NCBI GenBank assembly: GCA_021613535.1
Contig: CP075494.1
Coordinates: 8,494,001-8,558,000, forward strand
DNA length: 64,000 nucleotides
Source: Adineta vaga
Taxonomy: Eukaryota > Animalia > Rotifera
Direction: 5' to 3'
Shown: positions 26,568 to 38,500 of the stretch, in pieces
Layout: each line of letters opens with the position of its first letter
Position numbering within the stretch: position 1 is the stretch's first letter
Translations under genes and position numbers: made by a program
The notes under the pieces: model-generated
Told to the model about the DNA's origin: nothing
What the model saw: only the letters and a program-made list of their open reading frames with translations
Databases searched by the model: none

Positions 26568-27572
26568 TTATTCCAGACTGATTCGATTTCTTTTATTGTT
26601 TATTTTTTCACTCTTCGAACGTACAAAGGTCAATTGTTTTACATCATTTCGAAATTCCGATGAAAATAAAAATTTCAAATAAAATTTCAATGTATAGATC
26701 GATGCTTCACACATTATACAAATCGTATTGAATATTTTCCATTGTTTTACTTGAGGATCCGTTTTTGAACAATGAGACAAACAACATGAATTCAATTCAT
26801 ATTTCCACATAATTTGTAAAACATTAATTGGTAGAATGGCCACAAATGTATAAATACTATAAATAACCAATATTAAAGAAAATGTTTGTTGTTGACGATG
26901 AAAAAATGTTTTTCTATGAACATTTTTATAACATCGATTATGAAATATATAGATAGTACAGAATATGCTGATCATACAAGGTGTCAAACGAGCAAGAATA
27001 TGTATGTATGGCCAAAACGAATAAAACCATTGCTGTGCATATGAATATACTCGACATGATTGACCAAAGATGATAAATGCATTAGAATCATAATAAAGTG
27101 AAAAATAATAATGAAGTATAAAAATAATCAATGAACAGTGTGTTACAGTAATTTTAATTAAAATACGTTTATGTGTAAAATAGGAATGAGTTCGTTCAGG
27201 TTGATAAATGATCGAAATTCGATCGAGATTTAGTTGTGCAAGTAGAAGAAGTGAAATAAATCCAGTTCCGCTAACAAATGGATAAAAGAATGCACAATTA
27301 AGAATTCGACGTGGATCAGTTACAAAATTAATAACAGCAAGCCAATCCCAAAATAAAAATACTAAATAAGTCAATTCCGTAATTGAAATAAAAATAAAAT
27401 ATGAATAAGTTGGATGAAAACATTTTCGTTTTGAATTTAATATTATTGTTATTATTATTATTAGATGACCAGGAATACCAGCTATTGGAAAACAAAATGC
27501 ACCTACTTTCCAGATTAATTTATCTATATCAATACTATTCAACACACATCTCGTTGATGAATCGTTCGTCAT
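26568..27572 (-). CDS. Rhodopsin-like orphan GPCR (peptide-receptor-like), intronless
   Basis: Seven hydrophobic segments; GIPGH in TM1, LNLDR in TM3, and KFYLKFLFSSEFR at TM7/helix 8. Confidence 0.8.
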   Translation of the reverse strand: MTNDSSTRCVLNSIDIDKLIWKVGAFCFPIAGIPGHLIIIITIILNSKRKCFHPTYSYFIFISITELTYLVFLFWDWLAVINFVTDPRRILNCAFFYPFVSGTGFISLLLLAQLNLDRISIIYQPERTHSYFTHKRILIKITVTHCSLIIFILHYYFSLYYDSNAFIIFGQSCRVYSYAQQWFYSFWPYIHILARLTPCMISIFCTIYIFHNRCYKNVHRKTFFHRQQQTFSLILVIYSIYTFVAILPINVLQIMWKYELNSCCLSHCSKTDPQVKQWKIFNTICIMCEASIYTLKFYLKFLFSSEFRNDVKQLTFVRSKSEKINNKRNRISLE

Positions 27573-28232
27573 TCAATCTATCTAGTCGTGTGAAAATGAA
27601 GCGTTACACACTCATGTTTGGAATGTTAATAGAAATGGTAATGTTTCACATTTCCAAATTCTGAATATTGATCTCATTGGAGGATTATTGAGAGAATTTA
27701 TTTTAGGAAAGTGAAACCTTTTAAGAGACAAACAAAAAACTAAAAGCTCTTTCAATCATCGAACATTTAAAAAAATAATCCTTGATTATTATGTTATGTC
27801 CAAACACGTTTTGTCAACACTAACAATTGCATATCGATGTTTAACTATTTTCGAATTCTTTCTTTCTTTTTTTTCTTCTTCTTATATTCGATTTGAAAAT
27901 GAAACAAAAAGAAATGACTTAATCTACGACATTTATTAATTTGACCTTCTTATCACGACATGAATACATTTCATTTTCTTGATCCATATGTCTGATTTGA
28001 CTTTCTTTCTTTTTTTTTCATTATCAACGTCACACACACATATGTAAATTTGGCATCATCACAAGAAGTCTTTACTACATTGCTTTGCTTTGCTCTCTCT
28101 CTCTCATCTGATTGTTTGTTTAACATGTTCGTCGTTTCTATCACAATTCATTCGTATTTTAACACACACTGATGGTAATATTTTCTCATTTTTTTTACAC
28201 GTTCGAAAGTTGATTGCAAGCCACAACCCGAC

Positions 28233-30605
28233 ATGACGGATAACAATGATTTCGCGCATATTCAACGTCTGAATAGTACTATAATGGCGAAATGTGAATG
28301 GACATCATCATTAATGGGTATGAGACAAACGGGTGAAGAAGTTCATCATCGTCGAACTAAAACACATCGAAAAGCGAATGCATTTTTACAAGAACTTCTT
28401 GATCAACGAAGTGATGGAAATACAGTCGATGATGATGGTGTTACTGATCGATATCATAGATTTCTTCGAACAAAATCAAATTTAAATGATGATAGTCATG
28501 TCTTGGATGAATTTGATCGACGATTACGTGCGTTAAATAATAATCGATTATTAAAAGATTCAAAATCTATCGATACAGGATTAAATTCCATACGTTCACA
28601 AATAAAACCTAATATGAAAGATCGAGTATGAAGATAGAATAGAGAAAAAAAAAGTTAATAGTTTATATGTATTTTGATGATATTTTTAGTATTGGACGTC
28701 GTCGAAATCAACATTAGACAGTAATCTCTTATCGAGTATACCTTCTCAAGGTAGTCAAACGAATATTAGATCAAATGCTATCGATCATCAATCATCATCG
28801 TCATCATCAGAAGATTCTACTACAATTTCACAGAAACCTAGTACACGACGAGTTGATAATCTTGAAGAAACGGAAATAATCTCAGTACCTTCAATGTATC
28901 GTGATATAACTCAACCACATGTTCAACGAGATACTGATCGAATGGAAGAATCTGCTATACCTTCTGTACATTATCCATCGACGAAAACTTTACAAAAATC
29001 AAATGTTCTACGAATGGACAGCAGTGAAGATGCCGAGGAATTGTCTACATCCCTATTAAACCGTTTCATCGCTCAGTCACATATTCAACAAGATCTTGAT
29101 CAGACAAGAAAATCTTCAATATCTTCTTCAAGTTCTTCAGCAACAACGAACATATACGGTTCTAAAGTTCAACAAACAAATGAAGATGATGTTACGGAAG
29201 AATCTATCAAACCTTCATTACTTCGTTCTGTGACGAACTCACAAGTTCAATATACAAATGATGATAGTGGTAACTATAGAAAAGAAACATCGATACCGTC
29301 TTCATATCATACAACAACAACAAAAATCAAACAGAAATCTAATGTACAACATGCTGATAGTAACGAAGAGACGGAAACATCTTTTGTATCCACTTCGAAA
29401 CAATCAACAATAAAAAATTCACCAAAACAATTAGTTCAACATACTGATGATAGTGAGTATATAGAAGAAAATTCGATATCTTCTGTAATTTCATCAGCAA
29501 CAAAACCGTTGCATGAATTACAAGTTCAACAACTCGATAGTAATAAATCGATTGCACAATCCTCAACATCTGCTGTACAACGATCTATTAGAAAGCCTTC
29601 AAATACTGGGAAAACGATTGATACTAAACATGTTGACGAATTTTCGAAGAAAAGATTACCTAAATCACAAATAGAACACACTGATCCTACTCGAGAAAAT
29701 TCAGAGACATTATCGTCATCAATACAGGTGCCATCAAAAACCTTATATAGACCAGTTGCTCGTCGCGCTGATGGAAGTGAAATAATTTCGACTGTAACAG
29801 CAGAAAATCCAATACGCAATACTTCAACAACTAATTCACTTTTTAATCAACGTTTTTTTCCACGCTCTTTATTATCACATGAATCAATTAGTTTGAATTC
29901 AACAAAAAAAAATTTATCATCATCTTCACCACCGCCAATGAAACAATATGACAATACTCAATTGTTCTATTTACTGGATTGTATAGAAAACGAATGTACT
30001 CCTAATGATTTTACTCAAATACTTGATCAATTGAATCTATCATTTGGTCAAGTATCTAAAATAGATGATGATACAGCGGTACACAATGATGATAATGACG
30101 ATGATATGACCAGAGAAAATATGACTATTATTCCAAATTTATTTGATGAATCATATTCATCGCAAGATTATTATACGACATTCATTGTAAATATTGATGA
30201 TCCACGAAAACTTTCTCTTTATACAATGACAATTAGTACTGTGCAATTGAGTCCATTTCGTATAATTCCATATTCTATTCTTATTGGTCATCGTCCTTTT
30301 CTTCAACATTCAAAAGATACAAATTTCAAACGATTTCGTTCACAACAATACAATTATACCTATCAAGTAATCGCCGTTGAATCTTTTACAAATATGGAAC
30401 GTATTCAAATGAATGATATTATTTTGAAGGTAAACGTTTTATTCAATATATTCTTAAATAATTAAAATAATTTTTCGTTTAGATTAACGATCAATCCGTC
30501 TGGAATTTAACTATCGATGTTGTAAGAAAAATCCTGAGAGAATCCAACCAACAATCAAATAAATGTTCACTAAAACTTGCTCGACTTTGTCAACCATTTA
30601 TTTAA
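28233..30605 (+). CDS. Ser/Thr-rich repetitive protein with C-terminal PDZ-like domain, ~751 aa
   Basis: Exons 28233-28625, 28690-30429 and 30483-30605 in frame. The C-terminus RIQMNDIILK|INDQSVWNLTIDVVRKILRE matches the PDZ pattern (L..GD.IL.IN...V........V...L). Confidence 0.65.
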
Positions 30606-30891
30606 ATTTCTTTTTTTACAGAATATAGTTTGTTTTATCTAGAATAAAAAGTGAAAGAATACTAAATGATCAGGAAAATAAGTTATCAAACGTAGTTTTT
30701 ATCCTAAGATTTCGAAATGCTTATACATCACTAGTATGCTTTTCATTTACTCGGCTCGGAGGTTGTCTTATGACTCATCGAACTCATTTTACCCAATAAT
30801 TTCTCTTTTCTGTCGTAAAGAAAGAAAAACTCTGGGAAAAAACAACTATTTATATTGAGTGTCATCTGCTATCGTCATTTAAGATACAGAG

Positions 30892-31626
30892 ATGGAAATT
30901 TTGAAAATATTGCATGATCACATTGAAAATAATCGAACTTCTACTATTCCCAATGTCGAAATATTTTCAAATATATTAAGCAATGCTGAAGAGCAATTAA
31001 TAGCTGATTGTCAACATCAAAATAATGAATTACATAATGATCAATGCACAGTGCGTTGCATCGATCTTGAAGGTCTTGATGGCTGTGGAAAATCGACATT
31101 AGCAACTGAATTACAACAACAATTAAATGGACGTGGAGAAAAATCACGTCTCTTATCAACACCACCCAGTCAACTTCTTCCATTTCGATCTTATTTCGAT
31201 GCACAACCAGAATCAATACGTCGTGCATTCTATAATTTAGGAAACTTAGTTGTGTCCTATGATTTAAAACAACAACAACAAGACACAATTAGTATTCTTG
31301 ATCGATATTGGCCATCGACAATAGCTTATCAATTAGCAAAAGTCAATGAAAATACTCACATAAATATTTCATGGCCAAATTATTTAGTTCAACCTGCATT
31401 GATTATTTACATTTATGTCGATGAAAAAGAGCGGTGCCGACGTATTGCTCAACGATCAAATTCTATACCTGTGACGTTAGAAGAAAAACAACTAGCTGCG
31501 CAAGAAACATTTCGTCATCGACTTGATTTTATCTATCGAAATCATATACCTAATCCTCATCTACATGTAATTGATGGTAATAGACCAACCTTGGATATTG
31601 TTAATGATATTCTTAATTTACTTTGA
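30892..31626 (+). CDS. CMPK2: CMPK2-like UMP-CMP kinase (thymidylate kinase family), intronless
   Basis: P-loop EGLDGCGKST. LLSTPP...RSYFDAQPESIRRAFYNLGN and ILDRYWPSTIAY resemble the CMPK2 segments LLKSPP...FDDEP..IRRAFYSLGN and VDRYWHST. Confidence 0.8.
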   Translation: MEILKILHDHIENNRTSTIPNVEIFSNILSNAEEQLIADCQHQNNELHNDQCTVRCIDLEGLDGCGKSTLATELQQQLNGRGEKSRLLSTPPSQLLPFRSYFDAQPESIRRAFYNLGNLVVSYDLKQQQQDTISILDRYWPSTIAYQLAKVNENTHINISWPNYLVQPALIIYIYVDEKERCRRIAQRSNSIPVTLEEKQLAAQETFRHRLDFIYRNHIPNPHLHVIDGNRPTLDIVNDILNLL

Positions 31627-32310
31627 ACAATAAAATTATTACGAATGTAGTAATGTGAAATACTTGTTGATTGATCAAACAATTAGAACTAGAAAGACAG
31701 CATTTGTTTTTCATTGAATAGCAAAAAAATGTTTGTTTTTTCCTACATTCATATACTCTCGTGCACTACAGATCTCAAAATCCAACTGATTGTAAAGAGA
31801 AACGTGAAGTTTTGAAGAATTTACTAAGTTGAAGTATAAAGATTTTGAGACAGTATTTCATTCAAGACTAGTAAAGATAGGTAGCGTTGAACAGATTCAG
31901 ATGTTCTGTAATCATGCCATCGATCTCACTTATCTGGCACACTCATTCATCTCTTTGCTATCATTTCGGATTCGTTGATCTTGTCTTGATCTCCTTCAAG
32001 ACGTAACAATATATATATATATATACTATGGAAAAAGTCCTTTCATTAGCACGCACAACGATCAAAATTTCGATGGATAGAAACAAGCAAAAGTTTCTCT
32101 TCACATATATTAGATAAATACAGCAAAAAAGATGAATATGTTTTTAGCAATAAAATATACATAAGCAAATTTGAATTCAATTTGTTATTTTCTGTTCAAA
32201 TAATAATGACTCAATATATTTTCTCTTCTATTTTTGATGAATAAAAATTGTTCAACAGAAATACAATTGCACTTTATTTAACTAGTTTTGGTTTCTGAAG
32301 ATGCTAGTAT

Positions 32311-34073
32311 CTAGTCCGAAGACTCGCATATTGGCCACATACTTTGTATCAATGGGTCCATTTTTTGTATTTCACCTGTTAAGTTGTATATGTATGATTC
32401 AGCCATGAAACAAACACGTTGTGTCCAAAGTAGATCTCGAATAAGTTTATTATAAAATCTCACCGCATGTACTTCCGATGGAGAGCGTGACAAAAAATAT
32501 TTCCATAGAAGTTCAACATAAATATTTTGAGCAGCAAATATGGATAGTGTATCATCATAAATGCGGTCCATATCTGTATCATTTCGATATCGATTAATAC
32601 CACTGGATAAATTTATAACGACCAAAAGCAGTTGAAGTAACATGCGATCACTGGTATATGAATGTATCACTGTTATACATTTGATAAGTTCTCTAGAAAG
32701 ATCAGCATCGTATAAAATTGATACAGAATCCAACAATGATTGTGATATATTGGAGGAAAGTGCTGCTTCATTAATAGTAAGTGCTAGACAAAAATGATTT
32801 CTAACTAAACGTATTTTATCACTAATCGATAATCGATCAAATTCAGGTATAATTTTGAAATATTTAATTAAGGCAACTTGTCGTTCAGTATAATCGTTGA
32901 GAAATGTATGTAAAGAAGTATGTCTGACTCTTGGAAATGCCGGACTTTGTGAGACTTTTGTTGCTATACAAGTTCGTTCATAGGCACTGAAGATATTTGT
33001 AAGACTCGTTTGATCAAATGGAGATATACATTGAGATGAACCATTTGACAAAAGCAATAAGTTTGACGGTCGAATCTATGAATAATAAAGATCATATAAA
33101 CGTTATCTCAATGAGTAATACTGATATCTAGTTATCAATAACTCGGTAACGAAATATAAGTCCTATAGGCAGAAAATTTTTAAAGTGTATCAAAAATAAG
33201 AAATCATATAGCATAAATAGTTATATTCAAATATCAAGCGTATAATTATTTCGTACTTGACGTACATCTGGATTTAACAATCTCATTAACAACAGTATCG
33301 AAACCGTCTAATCATATTTAGTTCTACATAGAATAATATCATAAGAAAATAGGAATATTACTTGTCGTTTTTTTTTCAGCAAACGTTTTTTGATTAAAAT
33401 CAATGAAATGAATTATTGTTTCTTGGACTCAAGCATTGTTTAACATTAAGTTGAACAATATTGCCATCTTAACATAAATAGTTTTACTTCTCATTTGTCA
33501 CATTTTCTATTAAAATACTCTTAATAAATTCTCCTGTTACACTTCCTACGATTAAGCTAGTATGTCAATCTTATCAAAGTATTTTAACGTTATTTCTCAA
33601 TCTACTTCTTTAAGTATAAAAACTTGTACTGTGTTTAGAGAAATCTATTTGATAAATAAGATTATTTGTTTCATACCAGGCCTACTTTTGTTATCGAAGT
33701 ACATTGGGAACGTTTTTTTCGATTTTGTTCTACCAATTGTTTTCTTGCTTCTCGTTCTGCTTCTGATCGTATCAAGGATTTTTGCATTCCAGTTCGAAAA
33801 CATTTTGCAAGACGACAACAATTACAGAAACGACGTGATTTATATGTTACCGGACAATCACCATCTTGCTGACATATAAAATCTCGTCTCTACAAAGAAA
33901 AAAAAATCTTCTCCGAGTCATAATTATCTATTTATGAACAATGTACTTACGCCAAGTTTAACAGCATTTCGACGGAAAAATGCTTTACACGGTGCACATG
34001 TTGGAATAGCAAAATTGATTCCAACAGCAGGAGCATCACATACCAAACATGGGCCGAGTGCTCGAGATGACAT
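32311..34073 (-). CDS. Nuclear hormone receptor (divergent NR1I/J-like)
   Basis: [37 protein letters not shown], second finger CQQDGDC...CNCCRLAKCFRTGM, and the LBD signature YFKIIPEFDRLSISDKIRLV. Confidence 0.9.
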
Positions 34074-35520
34074 GCATATATATTCGAAAACAGTGATTTA
34101 ATATCTAATTAAAATGTGATAAAAACAGATTTGTCGATTTTGTGTAGATATACAAATAGAATGTTATGAACTTCATTCGTTTTCCAAATGGTGATTAGTT
34201 TTCTTTGCATGTAAAAAATAATTGGTAAACAAGAGAGACAACTATTTAGAAGATATTATATTCTTATGTTGATAGGAATCATTTTCATATTGTTAGATGC
34301 GATCGCAAGAATAAATGTTAACAGTTACCTTATGAGCATATGTATCTTTGGTTACAATAGCATTTGGTCTTTTTTTCTCTACGTAATTAGATGAATATTA
34401 TGAAGAAGAAAAGCAAACTAAATGAAATTTTCAAGTGAAATTAATGCATGACAGAACACTTCAACTTTCATATATGAAAAGTTTTGTAAAAGGAAATTCG
34501 ATGTAATATATTACGACAAAGATTCGATTGTCTCGAAAAGAAATGCGAACTGCTCTATATGTTAAATCTAATAATTCAATTGCATGGCAAAAAGTTATCT
34601 TCTTTAATGACTTTTAAATATGAGTGGATATTAATATTTCATGAGAATTATCAAGTGTGAACGAGAAAAAATATCGAATAGAAAAGAGCAGTGTGTTCTA
34701 GTTATTTCTTCTGTAAAATGAAAGATAAGGACAAAAAAATGAACCACTATAGCAAAAAAACAATATAGAGACTTTTCTAAAAGGAAATAAATACACAAAA
34801 TACCATTATATAATATGAAAACATGTTTCAAAGATTTTTTCTTGTCAAAATAAATTGAACTGAATGAATACTTACAAAACTAAAAGTATTGATTAATAAG
34901 CTTATCTATCGATAGATAGTTTTACATAATCAGAATGCGTTTTGAAAAGAATATTTTGTAGGAAGAAGAAGCAGTGCTTTATCTTAAATAAAAGAAGGAA
35001 AAAAAGAGTTTCTTTGAATATATCTTTCCATGAAATGATCTACTATTTTCTTATGTTTTTATTACAAAAAGAGAAGAAAAGAACAAAATGTGGCGCGACT
35101 GTAGAGAACATTAATAATAATAATAAACGACAATTAGAGAACGAGAAAAGATGAAATTAATTTGGGAAAAAAAACTAATTGATTAACTTTTCGTTTGTTA
35201 CACATAAAGACAAAGGACAATTCAGAGAGAAAATGCACATCTCGATTTCATACGTACACATCGACAAAAGAAAAACAAATTTCACTATAGAGAAGAAAGA
35301 TAAGAAGAAAATACTTTTATTTTATTTCATAGATTTGCTTTGTTTTAGTTTTGTCATTAAACAGTCGGGAAAATCATGAAAGAAGTGATAAGTAGAATAC
35401 AAAACAAGAAAAAAAGAAACATGAGATGTTTATGACAAAAAGCAGAATATTTTTTTGCCAGTTGGAAATCTTCTTCTCTCGACTTATTACCGGTTCTTTT
35501 ATTATCGAACATTACTAAAT

Positions 35521-38500
35521 TTAAGGTGTTGTCCGCATAGAACTACTAAGACGATGAACCGATGAAGATTTCGATTGTTGCATTCCTTGTAATTGAGCGA
35601 GACCTATGGAATTGGATGACTGGGATAGATTCGACGAGCTTTGACTTGGTTGCCGTGATGACATTTGAAAGACATTTAATGTAGCATATTGAAAAGCAGC
35701 ACGAGCTTGTTGTGTCATACTGACAAGTTGTCGAATTACAAGATATGCTCGTTCAAAGACTAAAGAAAAGAAGAGATCAGACATTAATTATCTACGTAGT
35801 TCTTGTATCGGAATAGGAAGAGTTCTTCTTGTTTTAATGCACGCTAAAAGACTTCAATACCATTATAAACCAGAAATAAATCGCAGACGCGAGTTATTGA
35901 AATCAAAGGTATTCAGTTAAAGTTTAACATGACACTGCGCTAGAGGAAGTTCGAAGACTCTCAGATTACATCGACATCAGGAAATCTTCTGATGTTTAAT
36001 TACGATAGAACAGAAAAGCAAAGTTGCAGATCATTATTTGTACGAAAATTTAATTATTACATCCTATATTCTAGTAAAATATTCAACATAACAGAGTAAT
36101 AACCAATGTTAGTCAAAGTATGGTGCGAATCAATACAATTATCTTTTCTGACATGATCGAGTACTTGAAACTCTTTTGTCATGACTCTTCACGATAAACA
36201 TACAGTTCAAGTTCTTCTCCCATTCTTAGATTAATATACTCGACGATCGATAAGAACTAAATAAAATTGTAATGTAAATATTCATTCAAATTCGATACTC
36301 ATCCTTATCCTATTAGCATATTTTTATCGTTGAAAGATCTTGCTAATTGTTTTCATTATAATCAAGCTCTTTTTCTATTAAAAAAACTTTATCTAGGGAA
36401 AAATAAGTTTACTCAGTCGGAAAATCTTGAAAGATTTGAACATCATGAAGAATGATTAATAAAAAAACAACTGCCTTTCCTTTCCTTAATGTCATTTTTC
36501 TATATATTTATATAGAAGTAAGAAATATACAGGTTAATACACAGATACTTCATGATAAGAGTTTTTTTCGACATCTAGATAAAACTATATCAACAAAAAC
36601 GTTTCATTAGAAACTTTAAGAACATTTTTGATAGAGATTATATTTCATCGATAAAGTTTTTTTTTCAAATATCGAATATATTAAAAGTGTCTATTACTGT
36701 CAAGTTCGAACTTAGTGTTCTCTATGTACTTATATATAGTAATAACATGTTCAGAGAGGAAATAATTAGCGAGATAATACAATAAGTAATTAACATTAGA
36801 TGTGGTTATGTAAAATTCTATAAAAAGATTCAAAAATGAATTTTTCTCTCGATTTGATACTATATGAGGAAGAAAAAATTGAGAATGACAATTCTTATTT
36901 CATTTACCTGCTTGTAAAATAGTTTCATTCATATAATATGAAGGAAAATGTTCAGTATTTAATCGTAATTTTATTTCTTCTTCTTGATGAACATGTTCAG
37001 CGTTAGCAATTGTTTCTCTCCATGATTTAAAAACAAACATTAAATCTCGTAAACGTAATTCTGGTCGTCCTGTTGCTAATAAATCATAAACATGACTTGC
37101 CTAAAATGAAAAAAGAAAAATAGCAAACAATAATTTCTAATAAATTAGAAAAGCATCAATACTTACAGTCACTTCTACTTTTTTACATTTAAATATAAAA
37201 TATTCAGGTACAATTAATATACGTGATGAACAACAATTGGCACCAGTGAGATTTACTAATGGTAAATTCGATGATGGAAGCGATGAAGAATTTACATTGA
37301 GATAATTTTGTACCTAAAAAATAAAATCAATGATATTTTATGGATGATAAATTAGAAGGAGAAAAATTTCAGATTTGTATAATCGATATTAAATGAAAAC
37401 AAAAGGGAACAAAATAAGAAATTTCAATGTTAAGTTATAATTCTTATAAATGTATTTGTAATGAAAAATTTTCATGAATCACTCAGCATACTTAATGAGT
37501 TTATCTTCGGTACAGATCTTTTATGTCTCATTGTATGATATTGAATGAGTTCAAATAGAGATTAACATCTTGAATATCTTTTATGTAAGTCTGATACTAC
37601 TTGAAAATAGCAATCAAAGGATCTATAACAAGTGGATTCATAACGTAAAACTAACTGTTATTATCATCGAATGTAATATGAATAGAGTCAAGCTTACCCA
37701 TCGTTGTTCTTGTATGAGCGCATTAAGTTCATCGAAACCACGATAACAAAGTTCATTTAGATTTTCCATTAATTCTTGCATGTTCGACGGACAACTTTTC
37801 GAAGGTGACTGTGGAACAGCAGATTGTTGTGGTTGCTGTTGACGCATCGATTGTCTCTTTGATTGTACATTTACATTGGAATGAATTGTCGGTTGTTGCC
37901 AGGGTGATTCTGGTGTTACTGGTGTTGAAGCTGCTGCCATTGAAGCGAGAAAATTAATATTATCATGAACAGCACGTTGTTGTTTATCGATATTTGTTGT
38001 TGATTTCGATGTAGGAAAATTAAATATTGAAAGAGACTCATCAGAAAAGAATTTGTTAACTGTTGGTGCTTGTGTTTGTGATTGTTGTTGTTGACTTAGT
38101 TGAATAAGTGCATCATCAATAGAAGATGAAGTTGATGATGATGCTGATGATGATGATTGACGATTATTAGATGCTGATGTAGATGATGTTTTATTTGATG
38201 ATGGTTTTGCTGAAGCAAAATCTATGAAAATAGTATTGTAACAGTTTGCAATAGCAGATTATTGAGAACTAAACTAATTCGTTCGATAAATAAAGATTAG
38301 AGACACTTGGGATTCTATTTATCACTTTATATTGTTTTCTCACGAAATTTTTCATTTCTTTTTAATATATTATTAGATTTAGAAATAAATAAGTAGTTGC
38401 AACAACTAACGAAATCAAAAAAGTTTTCTATCTCATTCATCTATCAACTAATACACAATAATAGTCGTTTTAAGATTTTCTCTTTCTTTTTCTTTTTCGT

